A stretch of DNA of 64,000 nucleotides, taken from the IMG/VR virus record IMGVR_UViG_3300033156_000724; one strand, written 5' to 3'. The DNA is from an uncultured virus (IMG/VR IMGVR_UViG_3300033156_000724) (taxonomy: Duplodnaviria > Heunggongvirae > Uroviricota > Caudoviricetes). Below, one piece after another: positions 53,415-64,000 of this stretch. Position numbers and translations under genes: made by a program. Position 1 is the stretch's first letter; every line of letters starts with the position of its first letter. Under the pieces are notes generated by a model. It did no database searches. It worked only from the letters and a program-made list of their open reading frames with translations, and was not told the origin of the DNA.

Positions 53415-54335
53415 TTAAATTACGGCTGATTTTTCTCTGGCTTTGAAGGCTTTTAGTTCTGCTAGAAGTTTATTGGCGATTTTTTCCATGGTTTTGGCGG
53501 TTTTTTCAATTTGTTCTGTTTTTGCTGCATTTGCAGCGATTAATAATTCTGTTTTACTGGTTAATAGCGGTGAACTTGCTACCGTTGTCATACATTTAAA
53601 TATTTTTCCAAACAGGACCCTGGCGTCCTTCTTTTCTTTCCCAGTGGTCGTTCGTAGGGCTTGTGAAAATACGTCGAGCTGCATTGTAGCAGTGACGTAT
53701 GCTCTGATTTTTGTGAGCATTGCATCGCTTGTTTTGCCGTTGACGCACCACTCATATGCGTGTATATGTTGCCGGGCTGGCAGGCTCGCAATTTTTCGCG
53801 CCACAACTTTCGGTAATTTCCCGGAATCCCACGCTGCTTTGATATTCGCAGGCAGCGTAAGAATCGGCAAATCTGCCTTAATTGTTTCTGCGGAAATGCC
53901 AAAGGCTTTGGCACATTCTTCCACTGAAAAATTTTCTAACAGTCTGGAAATACTTTCCAGTGTTTCCAATGGACCCATCTCTAACCGCATTACATTATCC
54001 ATTATTTGGTTCTTTAGGATTTCCCCCGATTCCGTGAAGTCTCGGACGATGCAATCGACAGTGAACTCACCATCATCATAAGACCATCCGTGTTTTGGCT
54101 TCCCGTCCCAATATTCTTTAATGAATAGGAATGAGGTCCACCTACATTCTCCATTGATAATGATGAAACCTCCATCATCAGGATTTTCTCTAACGATGAT
54201 TGGATTGTTCAATCCTTCATTAGCGATACTTTCTGCTAATGCCCTTAGATGGGCTTCGGGTTTGTTTTTTCTTGGCTGATTTGGGTCTGGCACTAAGTCA
54301 GATATTTTAATTTTTTCCATGGGATTGCCCTCCAT
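53415..54335 (-). CDS. ParB/Srx N-terminal domain protein
   Basis: PDPNQPRK, LAESIANEGLNNPIIVR, IINGECRW, followed by an HTH. Confidence 0.85.
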   Translation of the reverse strand: MEGNPMEKIKISDLVPDPNQPRKNKPEAHLRALAESIANEGLNNPIIVRENPDDGGFIIINGECRWTSFLFIKEYWDGKPKHGWSYDDGEFTVDCIVRDFTESGEILKNQIMDNVMRLEMGPLETLESISRLLENFSVEECAKAFGISAETIKADLPILTLPANIKAAWDSGKLPKVVARKIASLPARQHIHAYEWCVNGKTSDAMLTKIRAYVTATMQLDVFSQALRTTTGKEKKDARVLFGKIFKCMTTVASSPLLTSKTELLIAANAAKTEQIEKTAKTMEKIANKLLAELKAFKAREKSAVI

Positions 54336-55232
54336 AGTTGAATTATGGTTTTCTTATGAAAACCGATGGCGGGCAAAACTTTCGTCATCGCTTTCCATAG
54401 ATAGGGCAGATTTTCCTATGGTTTTTTTCTTAAAGCAGGCCGGCAATGAACCGGCCTGCAAAGAGGTTGAAATTAAGACTGATATTTTCCAGACAATACT
54501 TAAGATGGTGGGGATGAATATATTTTCCAAGCCCTTCTGCTTAGGTTAACTTCCTGCCCATTATGCCCGGCTCGAATAACAACACCTTTAGCTTTATCGG
54601 CGCTCGGGTACACAAAATATATTCAACCCGGATGTTACCATCCAGTATGTGACCGGAAAATCCAGCCGCTTACGATTGACCCCATAAGCGAGGCCCCGCC
54701 TTTTAAAATGTTGTGGGATCATTGAGGGTCTTTCGCCCACAGTCAGCACGGTATTAATGTGCAACTGGTTAGGCATGATAAGCCTAACCCCGTTAATGTG
54801 ATAGGCACACAGTCCGCTGTTTTGGGTCAGAGGACAACCACCTCGTCGCAAGAAACCCATAAAAAACAGAGTTCCTTCCAGGGCAAGCCCGACGTTGCTA
54901 TACCCATCTCACTTCTGCCATATAATGGCCAATATTATCCGTATTCCAGGCTCCTAACAACATGATATCGCAAGACAATTCATCGTTAGGCATATTCATA
55001 AGGTTAGCATCATGGCCAGTGTTCCGGCTCCGCTGTCTTACATCCCAGTCCCGAGTGACACGCCAGCCTAATAAAAATCAATTACAGGCGGGCTAATATC
55101 GAAAATATGGGGACTTCGGCCATATAGTCGATATCTTAGTCATACAAATTACAAACCTGAATATGGGCAGGTTAGAGCCTATTCAGTGCGTGATTTGTAC
55201 TGGCTGATAAATCATAGATGTCTAAGACAGAT

Positions 55233-55362
55233 ATCCAAGATGTCTATCCAAGATATCTATCCAAGATATCTATCCAAGATATCTATCCAAGATATCTATC
55301 CAAGATATCTATCCAAGATGTCTATCCAAGATGTCTATCCAAGATGTCTATCCAAGATGTCT
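55233..55362. repeat. 13-bp tandem repeat (ATCCAAGATRTCT) x10
   Basis: Counted directly; only one position varies (A/G). Confidence 0.95.
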
Positions 55363-55545
55363 ATAACATCTATTTTTTTTGAATTCACAAAAATTAAAAA
55401 ACTTTTTTTGCTTCTCACAAACATAGACGGAAAAACCTATTTTTTTACCAATTTTTTTTAATCTTTTTTACTTTTAATTTTTAGTCGAATGAAATCAATA
55501 GGTTATGGCAGAAAAAAAAATAAATAAAAAAAACGAAAAAAAAGC

Positions 55546-55574
55546 TTGACATCCAGTCAATTAATGTATATAAT
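55546..55574 (+). promoter_or_regulatory. Consensus sigma70 promoter with UP element and overlapping palindrome
   Basis: TTGACA-17 bp-TATAAT; A-tract upstream; TTGAC-N5-GTCAA palindrome; IHF-consensus AATCAAtaggTTA at 55493-55505. Confidence 0.85.
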
Positions 55575-55633
55575 ATTATATATGGTAAAAATATTTAATA
55601 TTATCAACCATCTATAAAAAAGGGGGGCATGAC

Positions 55634-56572
55634 ATGAAGGCGAAAAAATACTATCAGTACGATGAAAAAGGCAATGGAGCGCAAATCACAGACACGCAAA
55701 CCATTGAAATTCTTAGACTTTACGAAAAAAAGATAAGAAACGCCAGTCCACTAAAACAAGCGGTCTTACAAGAAACTGCAATAAAATTAATGAGTTATAA
55801 TAACATCGGGGAGGGAAAAATAGAAAACCTTTGGAACAAAATCGAACGGAATACTACAGTTGATAAGTGGCGCAACAGCGAAAAAGATAATCATATCACG
55901 GAGTTGTGGGATGATTATACTGCTGAGCAGCGGTTTACACTGGGGTATTGCGACTATCGCGATATTGTGCAGTATATATGTAGTAGATTGACAAATGCGG
56001 AATGCCAAATATTTGCGCAGTATCACGTTGCGGGAAAAAAACAAGATGTTGTTGCTAAAAAAATGGGGGTATCACAACAAACGATATCCAATCATATCAG
56101 GAGGTTGAACGCCAAATTACATAGAATGAAAATTAAAGAGCTGTACAGGATAGATTATGTTGCGCCTGTCAATCGTGATAAGAAAATGCCCCAATATCGT
56201 GATGCTAAACCAGTTGATGCTGCCCCCGTTCAGCGTGAACAGGGACCATGGCGGGGGAAGGTGTGTTATATATATAGTATGCCAGTCAGCCAAAAGAAAA
56301 AGTATGAAAACAGACAGGTCAAATATGTTGCTCCAAAAAAAGTCCATAACATGGAGCAACTCCCAGACAATTTTGTGCCGACCGAATATTTTGCGCCAAC
56401 ACGCCCAAAGTCGGAATATGATTGTATTGACATCACTCCAGTTGTCTACGGCAAACGTGGCGTTAGGTATGTTGTGAGAAAAAGATCGATATCGTTTCAG
56501 GGTGATTTGAATAACAGATATGGCGCGTGTTACAATTACGGCAAAATGAGTCGATTCTACCAGACACCATAA
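55634..56572 (+). CDS. Sigma-70 region 4-like HTH protein (putative late regulator)
   Basis: LTNAECQIF...KKQDVVAKKMGVSQQTISNHIRR. Confidence 0.65.
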   Translation: MKAKKYYQYDEKGNGAQITDTQTIEILRLYEKKIRNASPLKQAVLQETAIKLMSYNNIGEGKIENLWNKIERNTTVDKWRNSEKDNHITELWDDYTAEQRFTLGYCDYRDIVQYICSRLTNAECQIFAQYHVAGKKQDVVAKKMGVSQQTISNHIRRLNAKLHRMKIKELYRIDYVAPVNRDKKMPQYRDAKPVDAAPVQREQGPWRGKVCYIYSMPVSQKKKYENRQVKYVAPKKVHNMEQLPDNFVPTEYFAPTRPKSEYDCIDITPVVYGKRGVRYVVRKRSISFQGDLNNRYGACYNYGKMSRFYQTP

Positions 56573-56580
56573 TATAATAT

Positions 56581-56619
56581 ATAAGGTGATATGCTTCTGC
56601 ATATCACCTTATTTTTTTT
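56581..56619 (+). terminator. Rho-independent terminator
   Basis: 14-bp perfect stem ataaggtgatatgc/gcatatcaccttat followed by a T-tract. Confidence 0.9.
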
Positions 56620-56679
56620 GAGCACCTTATTAGTAATGATTACTATTAGCGTTTACGGCTTTCAGTGCACCTGTCACTA

Positions 56680-56867
56680 TTTGTTATACTAATAGTCATA
56701 CTATTAGTCATACCGTCCGTCATACCGTCCGTCATACCATTTGTCATACCATTAGTCATACCGTCTGTCATACTATTTATCATACCGTTTTGTCATACTA
56801 TCTATCATACCATTTTGTCATACCATTTTGTCATACCATTTTGTCATACTATTTATCATACCATTAG
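56680..56867. repeat. Degenerate 12/13-bp tandem repeat (RTCATACYRTYW), about 15 units
   Basis: Repeated gtcataccgtcc / gtcataccattt / atcataccatta. Confidence 0.85.
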
Positions 56868-57238
56868 TGGTGACGGCCTGTTATATCTGATATCGGGTTT
56901 TCCGATAACCTTATTAGTAATGGTTACTATTAGCATATCAGTATTATTACGTTCTGTAACCGACACGGGATAGGTAAAAACGCAATCATTTCAAGGACTT
57001 ACGGGCTAATAATTAAAGTAACACTTCACTGGGTGCCCTCACTGGATATGCTGCGCAAGTATCTGTAATTATTGAATAAATATAATTGACCTCCCCCCTG
57101 CCCGATTCTTAGACCTTCCCCCCCCTGTAATTTGGCTGGTGGGTCCTGCCCGCAAGTTTTTTGCACTTTTTCCGGCGTGAAAGCTCCTTTTTTTATAAAC
57201 TCCTTGACTTAATAACAATTTACATGTTATTTTTAATT

Positions 57239-57772
57239 ATGGGAAAAAACATAGTTCCGAAAACCCTGATACAGGATGCCAAAATTTGGGATAAACTTCG
57301 CAAATGTAACGGCATTGATTGTCGTTTTGCCTCGATATGCCCTCACAGATGCGCCAAGACAATTCCCCAACCGGGGGCGGTGTGTCTTGTGGAGAGTCAT
57401 TATATTACTGCCAATCTTGACCCCATGTTAAAATTAATTGACCGATCGAAAGATCCGTTTGTAATGCAATGGATTGGGATGCACTTAGTTCCTTTATATT
57501 TAGATTTGGTTCAACTAAAATTAGAAAAACTATTATTAGAAGAAATAGTGTATAAGGACGGGAAAGGTCAGATCAGAGTTCATCCAATTTTTGATGAAAT
57601 AAGGAAGACCCACAGGGAGATTTTTACCGTGTGGAAGACCTCCGGCCTACGCGCAATAGCGGATTCATGCGGTTTTTTTAAACCTCCTGTTGATTTAAGT
57701 TTAGATTTCGGTGATTCTGATAGTTATGAAGAAATGCAGGGGGACTTCGATAATTATGATGGCGAATCATAA
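57239..57772 (+). CDS. Putative terminase small subunit
   Basis: Upstream of the large terminase; G.IRVHPIF motif; ATG at 57239 after a TTGACT promoter-like sequence. Confidence 0.55.
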   Translation: MGKNIVPKTLIQDAKIWDKLRKCNGIDCRFASICPHRCAKTIPQPGAVCLVESHYITANLDPMLKLIDRSKDPFVMQWIGMHLVPLYLDLVQLKLEKLLLEEIVYKDGKGQIRVHPIFDEIRKTHREIFTVWKTSGLRAIADSCGFFKPPVDLSLDFGDSDSYEEMQGDFDNYDGES

Positions 57773-57976
57773 ATGTTATCAGGGAAAATTCTAAATATAA
57801 AATGGGCAGGCATGTGGCATGTGCAAATAGAGGGTGTAAGAAAGGTTTTTAATACTGAGTATGCCATGAATACATGGTTGTGTTATATTTTTAAGAAGGT
57901 CAAAGACCCTGAGAAGAAAAAACTATTATCAAGAGACATGTCTTTAATAATAAAGAATGAAGAGAAAACCGAATAA
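57773..57976 (+). CDS. Hypothetical protein
   Basis: Fills the gap between the terminase genes. Confidence 0.5.
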   Translation: MLSGKILNIKWAGMWHVQIEGVRKVFNTEYAMNTWLCYIFKKVKDPEKKKLLSRDMSLIIKNEEKTE

Positions 57977-59897
57977 ATATATTGGTTACCGCAAGGGCGG
58001 AGATGGGTTTATAAAATGGGCCGAGGATAATGTGTGGGTTTCTATCTATCCTGTTGGTCGTGAATTTTCCGTATGGGTGCCACTTGGGTCTGAGGGCAAT
58101 GGAAATATATGCTCAAAAACCAATGAGTCATACCATACTATGTGGGTTAAAGTACACCCCGAGACCGGCAGGTCGTATAGTGGGATGTGGAAGAATCAAA
58201 AAGCGGTTTTACGCCAGGCTCTTGAAATGAATGCTGGTAAGTTTCGATATCGGCTTATAATTTTTTGTTGGCCGAGAGGCGAGGGAAAGTCATTATTAGC
58301 GGTATTATTGCAATTATGGAAGTGGTTTTGTTGGCCTCGGCAAGACATTAAGTTTTGCGCTAATAGTAAAGATCAGACAGATCATGCACATCTAAGCATC
58401 GCAAAGGAAATAATTTTAAATTCACCGAACCTGTTAAAAATAGTTGGGAAAAAAAATATTTTAGAACATGAGATACGGAGGCGCAACAATTATGGGCATC
58501 TTGTGAGCAAGATTGAAATTATAACTACGTCGAGCGGTTTATTTTCTAATATTAATGGATATGCATTTTCTGAAATATTTGAATTAAAGAACAAGATATT
58601 TTGGGAAAAGGTTGATGGAAACATTAGAAACATTCCTAACGCATTTGGGGTATTAGATTCAACAGTGTCGTCGAAAGATCATTTATTATATACACTGTAT
58701 GACGGATTTATGAAGGGCGCTGATCCCTTAACTTTTTTTTCATATCGGTGCAGCGCTGGATTGGATTATAAGGATTTTTGGCACCCGAATCAGACCCAAG
58801 CCCAGTTAGATTCGTACAAGGCTAAGCAACCGCTAACGTACGCCAAACAATTTAAGAATGTGTGGTCCGCTGGTGGCGAAAGAATTTTTTCAGCCGAGCA
58901 GGTTGATGCAGTGAATTATATTGGTGCAGAGGGGACTGTGAATCATAGTCGTGTTATTGAATTAATACAGCGCAAATCTCAGATTATTGATAGTAAAGAT
59001 AATTTTAGTAAGGATGGCGCCAGGGGGTTATTTGTAGATCACTCCATGGAATTAGAGCAGATAGATTCGTTATTATGGTCTGTGGATGATGTTTACCAAT
59101 TAGCGTTAACACATACGGGGTCTGTAATGGCTTCGAGCAATGCACTGGATATTTTGGGAGATATGTTTGATACTGAGTGGGCTGTGATTGCTGGTGTTGA
59201 TAGGGCGCAGCCATTTAAGAAAAGAACCGGGGCAAGAACCATATATATAGTTTTGGCAAAGGGTTTGCCGGGTAGTCGGAGTAACCCGGATATTGGGATA
59301 CACATCGCTGATGACTCAAGCAGCGACAATGTTAAAGGTTCTGAATATATGATTCGTGGTCCGGCATATGTATATTTTTATTTACATGTTGCGGATATTA
59401 TTGATCATTCATTAGAGGGGTTAAAGGCTGAAATTTTAATGACCCATGATGAATTTGGTGGGATTGACAGTATTGGTTCTGAGTCGTGGGGTGTATTTGA
59501 TATGGCGGCATGGGCGGAGACGTTGGATATAAAAACAAATTTATGGGTTCCGACTTATGCGAGGCAGTTGGGAGCATTCACAGAATTGTTTACTTTGGTT
59601 GACGACGGTCGGATAAAAAGTCCGACTGTTTTTATTCCTGGAGCGAGGGGCGACGATATTTTAATTGAGGAATTGCGTTATTTTGATCACGATGAGGATA
59701 TTCGATGGTTTGGTAGTCCAGAAAAAAACGCGAGGCAGGGAGTACAAGACGATGTGATGTATGCTTCTGGGTGGGCGATCTATGGTGGTAGGGAATTAAC
59801 GGTTCACGATTTCAGACCGAGGATAAAAAATTTATTTTTAGGCACTATTATTCAGCCAGATGGTTTATTAGGTAATTATTTTGTTGACATAAAATAA
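57957..59897 (+). CDS. terL: Terminase large subunit
   Basis: PRGEGKS Walker A, ANSKDQ, AFSE Walker-B-like, AGVD nuclease, QDDVMYA. Confidence 0.85.
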   Translation: MKRKPNKYIGYRKGGDGFIKWAEDNVWVSIYPVGREFSVWVPLGSEGNGNICSKTNESYHTMWVKVHPETGRSYSGMWKNQKAVLRQALEMNAGKFRYRLIIFCWPRGEGKSLLAVLLQLWKWFCWPRQDIKFCANSKDQTDHAHLSIAKEIILNSPNLLKIVGKKNILEHEIRRRNNYGHLVSKIEIITTSSGLFSNINGYAFSEIFELKNKIFWEKVDGNIRNIPNAFGVLDSTVSSKDHLLYTLYDGFMKGADPLTFFSYRCSAGLDYKDFWHPNQTQAQLDSYKAKQPLTYAKQFKNVWSAGGERIFSAEQVDAVNYIGAEGTVNHSRVIELIQRKSQIIDSKDNFSKDGARGLFVDHSMELEQIDSLLWSVDDVYQLALTHTGSVMASSNALDILGDMFDTEWAVIAGVDRAQPFKKRTGARTIYIVLAKGLPGSRSNPDIGIHIADDSSSDNVKGSEYMIRGPAYVYFYLHVADIIDHSLEGLKAEILMTHDEFGGIDSIGSESWGVFDMAAWAETLDIKTNLWVPTYARQLGAFTELFTLVDDGRIKSPTVFIPGARGDDILIEELRYFDHDEDIRWFGSPEKNARQGVQDDVMYASGWAIYGGRELTVHDFRPRIKNLFLGTIIQPDGLLGNYFVDIK

Positions 59898-59978
59898 TTG
59901 GCATGGTATTTTTTAATAAAATTTATTTTAATGATACAAGATTGACACCATGCCCCCACAGCTCCGGTGTTTCCGAGG

Positions 59979-60012
59979 AAAGTCGAGTCTCGCTGAGGCT
60001 CGACTTTTTTTG
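59979..60012 (+). terminator. Intrinsic terminator-like hairpin upstream of the portal gene
   Basis: aaagtcgagtctc-gct-gaggctcgacttt followed by a T-tract. Confidence 0.75.
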
Positions 60013-60030
60013 TTAATGAGTAGAGGTATA

Positions 60031-61620
60031 ATGGATTTTAAAGATATTCAGGAAAAAATTTTAGCGATTCCGGATGAAGTATTTATGCACTTACAGGCTT
60101 CGATGCCGTGGCAGCCGGGTGTTTTGTATGATTATACTAAAACCGACGTTGATGGTTGTCCGGCCGGTAGTTCTGATATTAAAGAGGAAGATTCTGTTGA
60201 TCGGGAATATTTACAGAATGAGTGTTGGAGATTATTTAACAAAAATCCGCAGGTAAGGACATCTGTTCGTGGCGTTGCCGGTAGAATAACAGGCATGGGG
60301 TTTGAACCTACCTCTGAAATAATTAAAATTCAGGATGTTTTAAGAGAAATTGAGTATGATCCAAGGAACAGATTATATAATTATTGGTCAAAATATGTTG
60401 TTAGGGCATTAATTGAGGGTGAGTTGTTTTTAATTCTTACTTGTCACAAAGACGGTTTTATAGAAGTTGATTTTTTAGACCCGAGTCAGATAGACACATC
60501 CAAGGGTGATGAATCTTCGGGTATTATTTTTCATCCTACCAAGAAATTATTTCCACTATTTTATTGTATTCGGTCAAATTCCGTTACTCAGCAAATTCCG
60601 AGTATTAACATCGCCAGATATCCTGATTTGTTACAATTACTATCTGATAATCAATGGTACCGTAAAGAAGAAACGGCTCAGTCCCGGAGCGATGATATAA
60701 AATTCAAGAAAATTGGAGGGTTTTATCGGTTTATTGTTATGTGGGACCGCGGTTTTATGACTCGAAGAACAGTAAGTTATTTAAGAACTGTTTTAGAGTG
60801 GTTAAATCATTATGAATTATTAAAAAAATTTGAGATTGATCATAAAAAATCATGCGGGGCATATGCCTGGGAGATATCGTTTGAGGATGTGAAATCATTC
60901 AAACTATGGGTTAGTATGACTGACGATGAGCGGAAAAAAACTGCTTTGATGCAGCCGATAATTCCAGGGAGCAAGATATTTTTACCTCCGGGGATGACCC
61001 TAACAGCCAAAAGCCCGAACTTACCGAAAATAAGTGGGCAGGACACGGATGTGATGGAGATGGCTGTGTCTGGGTTGAACGAGGCATCGGATGTTACAAC
61101 GGGGACCGTGAAAGGCACATACGCTAGTGTGAAGGCTACCAGGGGGCCGATGAGTGATCGAACATCTGACGAGGTTGCTGATTTTGATAGATTTTATAAG
61201 TATGATTTTTGGGGTTCAGTATTTTTTTTAAAGAATATTTTAGACGGATTCCCTAAATTTTTTGAGGTTGAGGAGGCCGTGAGATTTGAAAACGGAAAAG
61301 AAATTTTTGAAAAAGTTAAAAAGGCCCCGCAATTTTTAATAGATGTTCAGTATCCGATTTCGGAAACTCTGGATTTAGATGAAAGAACCAAGGCTGTTTT
61401 AGGGGTGAAGCATGGTCCGTTATCAGAGACCGTGGGTGTTCCGCCGAGCAAGGCTGCTAAAATGATAGGAATAGGTGGATATGGCCGGAACCGATTACAG
61501 AAAGCAACAGAGGATAAAAAATATCCGAAATTAATTTATGCCGATGGTATGGACCCGGAAACAAAGCAAGAAAAGGCTGAGGGTGAATTGACCAAGGAGG
61601 ATAACGATGAAAAAGATTAG
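60031..61620 (+). CDS. Portal protein
   Basis: Follows terL; ~530 aa; ALIEGELFL, LEWL..Y and GTYAS motifs; start taken at MDFKD. Confidence 0.75.
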   Translation: MDFKDIQEKILAIPDEVFMHLQASMPWQPGVLYDYTKTDVDGCPAGSSDIKEEDSVDREYLQNECWRLFNKNPQVRTSVRGVAGRITGMGFEPTSEIIKIQDVLREIEYDPRNRLYNYWSKYVVRALIEGELFLILTCHKDGFIEVDFLDPSQIDTSKGDESSGIIFHPTKKLFPLFYCIRSNSVTQQIPSINIARYPDLLQLLSDNQWYRKEETAQSRSDDIKFKKIGGFYRFIVMWDRGFMTRRTVSYLRTVLEWLNHYELLKKFEIDHKKSCGAYAWEISFEDVKSFKLWVSMTDDERKKTALMQPIIPGSKIFLPPGMTLTAKSPNLPKISGQDTDVMEMAVSGLNEASDVTTGTVKGTYASVKATRGPMSDRTSDEVADFDRFYKYDFWGSVFFLKNILDGFPKFFEVEEAVRFENGKEIFEKVKKAPQFLIDVQYPISETLDLDERTKAVLGVKHGPLSETVGVPPSKAAKMIGIGGYGRNRLQKATEDKKYPKLIYADGMDPETKQEKAEGELTKEDNDEKD

Positions 61621-62074
61621 TTTAATAATTGTAATTTTATGTTTTATGGTATTGCCGGCACACGCAGCGTGGACAGTGGCTACGACTGTGACTGCTAACG
61701 CTGCTCACTATATAAAATTTAAAGTGGTGTGCACATCTGATGGTGATGCTTTGGCGGCCACGGATTTACATGCTGAATTTGCTGAACAAGTATCATCGAG
61801 ATTTGTGCAGGGTTTAACTGTATTATTATTGAAGGTTGTGCCTGGTACTGACACTGTTATTCCAAATACTACAATAAATATTACACTTACCGATGAAGAG
61901 GGGGATGAATTGTGGTCTGATACTGGTATATCCAAAGATGCTGCTACTTGGCATAATTTGGCGAAAGATATTGGTGCATATTTGCCAATATTGGATAAAT
62001 TTTATTTAGCCATGAATGATATTGGAGATGACGGTGATCAAGTAACATTGTATTTTTGTTGTTGGATTGAATAA
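61607..62074 (+). CDS. Hypothetical protein with Sec-type signal peptide
   Basis: MKKISLIIVILCFMVLPAHA|A. Confidence 0.65.
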   Translation: MKKISLIIVILCFMVLPAHAAWTVATTVTANAAHYIKFKVVCTSDGDALAATDLHAEFAEQVSSRFVQGLTVLLLKVVPGTDTVIPNTTINITLTDEEGDELWSDTGISKDAATWHNLAKDIGAYLPILDKFYLAMNDIGDDGDQVTLYFCCWIE

Positions 62075-62086
62075 AAGGGGTTTATT

Positions 62087-64000
62087 ATGTTAAAAAAATT
62101 GTATTTATTAGTGATATTGGTATTTTTTGCGGGATATGCATGGGCATTTCCGGCTCCGGCTCCGGCGCCGAGTGATATTCCTTATGATGCTTCAACATGG
62201 GATAATAATTCTCTCGCCGCGACCAAAAATGCTATCAGAGATAAAATTGAATCAATGGGAGGGAGTAGTGGTTTTAAACTTGACCAAAATGTTGAAACAC
62301 TGGCTGCCGCAAAAACACTTACGACCAGTGATAAAGCTATTCAAAAATTAGATCCCGACGGAAGTGATCGGGATGTTGTGCTACCTGCAACATTCTGGAT
62401 TTATAATACTGCTAATGGCGCTGGTGAGGATTTGATTGTTAAAGATGATTCACCGGCCACTATTGTAAGTCTTGGCCCAGGCATGGGTATGATGTTTTCA
62501 TGTGATGGAACATCTTGGGTTGCCTTGGATGATGAAGGGATTGTTTATGATGCCGTGGCAGATACGGTTAGTGTAGGGTCTTTGACTGCTACCAAATTAA
62601 GTATTACTAATACATCCGAACCAGCTCTATTGATTTCAATGACTTCCATTACAGGAACTGACAATCAGGCAATTGATGTTGTTGGTGGGGAAGCTTTGGG
62701 AGCTGAAGAGCACTGGACAGGTATTAGAGTTAAACCAAGCGACCTTGACCCTACTGGGGCTGATACAAGAATCAGAGGTATTGCTTCTAATTTGAGTGGC
62801 GTTGACGTGTCAAACATTCCTGAAAGCATGGAGGCTTTGAGGCTTGTTATGCCTGATGGTAGAACTCTCACAGGGGCCGCAAGATCAGCTTGTGATGCAT
62901 TAGCAATTCAAGATGGTGATGTCAATCATTTTTTTGCAGTACCAGATACAGCAGCATCAACTTTTTCAGCATATGATTTAATATTTGATTCAGAATTGTT
63001 GAGTGCCAGCTCAGGTATTCATGGATTTAGTGTGTAGTGCCAGCTCAGGTATTCATGGATTTAGTGTGTCTACTTCCAATGGTGCTCCCAGTGGCGGTAT
63101 TGCTGCTTTGGCTGCGGGTACTTATGTAGATCCTATCCATCAACACATTGGGACTTATTCGACTCCAGACCAGACAACTCCTGATGCCTATGCTGGGCAT
63201 ACAAGTGATGGTGGAACTACGTGGATAGACGGTCTGGATGGAAATGAAATATTTGAGAAAAATGGTGATATAGTTTGGATTGGATCGGCAACAACTTTTT
63301 CAGAGATTGAAGTTATTATGTCCTCTGAAGCAACCAAGCAAATTGGACTCACTTTTCAGTACTCAACGGGAGCATCAACATGGTCATCGGTTTTTAATGT
63401 TGATGACGATACAGATGGATTTCAGCGGTCAGGCCATATTAGCTGGGCAGCAGGTAGTCTTGCCGGTTGGTCCGCATTAGGTGATCCTGGGGTTGGTGAT
63501 TCAGCGGCTGGATATTGGATTAAAATTACAAGAATTTCTGGTCCTGATCCAGGTACGCCTACACCAACAACCATGAAAACAGGAGCGATTGTATTATATA
63601 AGTGGGATAAGGATGGTAATTTAGCTGTTAATGATGTGCAGGCTGGTACTGCTGATTTGACTGGAATTACCGATGGCAATATACCTTATATGGGCGGGTC
63701 AGGATTTGCAGATAGTCCGCTGAGCAGAACAGGTACTAATACACTTCAGCTTAACGATAGAATTGACCTAACTGACGGCACAGACACCGCAATAATCAAG
63801 CATGTCCAAGAACCAGGGCTTGGTGGTCGTCTAACACTCGGCCTGGATGAAACAGCTCGAACAATAGTGATATGTGATGCAGGGGATGTGGATACTGATT
63901 TTGGGTTGGATGTAAGAAACAGTCCATCTTTACATCTTTTCTCTGGTAGTGGTGGATCACAATACACAAGACAGGACTATACTGGTTACCATACATGGGC
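62087..64000 (+). CDS. Large beta-rich protein with signal peptide, interrupted by a 34-bp tandem duplication; runs off the window
   Basis: MLKKLYLLVILVFFAGYAWA; duplicate at 63002-63035/63036-63069; removing one copy continues ...GFSVSTSNGAPSGG. Confidence 0.65.

Noticed and set aside
53443..54081. 212-aa + strand ORF and similar antisense or nested ORFs (e.g. 6611-6958, 22320-22676, 56117-56602)
   Set aside because: These are shadow frames of well-supported genes and have no motifs.
55233..55362. CRISPR array
   Set aside because: Head-to-tail 13-bp units with no spacers, and no cas genes.
55186..55461. 91-aa ORF with repeated SIQDIYPRYLSK
   Set aside because: It is a translation of the 13-bp tandem repeat and has no RBS.
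56665..56973. 102-aa hydrophobic ORF (VIPSVIPF...)
   Set aside because: It is a by-product of the 12-bp repeat and lies just downstream of a strong terminator.

Overview
This is a segment of a tailed dsDNA phage or prophage (siphovirus-like). The + strand carries a methyl/glycosyl-transferase cluster and a complete tail module (1-20.4 kb). A long minus-strand early/replication arm follows (20.3-54.3 kb), with an intein-containing UvrD-like helicase, a RepB-type primase, an SNF2 helicase, a tyrosine recombinase, a beta-clamp-like protein, RadC/JAB and ParB-like genes. A repeat-rich control region (52.5-57 kb) precedes the terminase, portal and signal-peptide proteins (57-64 kb). The standout feature is an ~11 kb array (25.5-36.4 kb) of small promoterless ORFs between the primase and helicase, separated by ~25 intact or eroded integron attC-like sites. 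Many cassettes have matching terminal core sites (7-15 bp), as expected after real cassette circularisation and integration. No IntI is present in the window, and the cargo is phage-type (RNA ligase, MT-A70 methylase, dNTP diphosphohydrolase, Lar-like, a tRNA-like non-coding cassette). A second, unrelated hairpin+RBS repeat punctuates small genes at 45-50 kb upstream of the recombinase. All calls come from reading motifs by eye; no database search was run.
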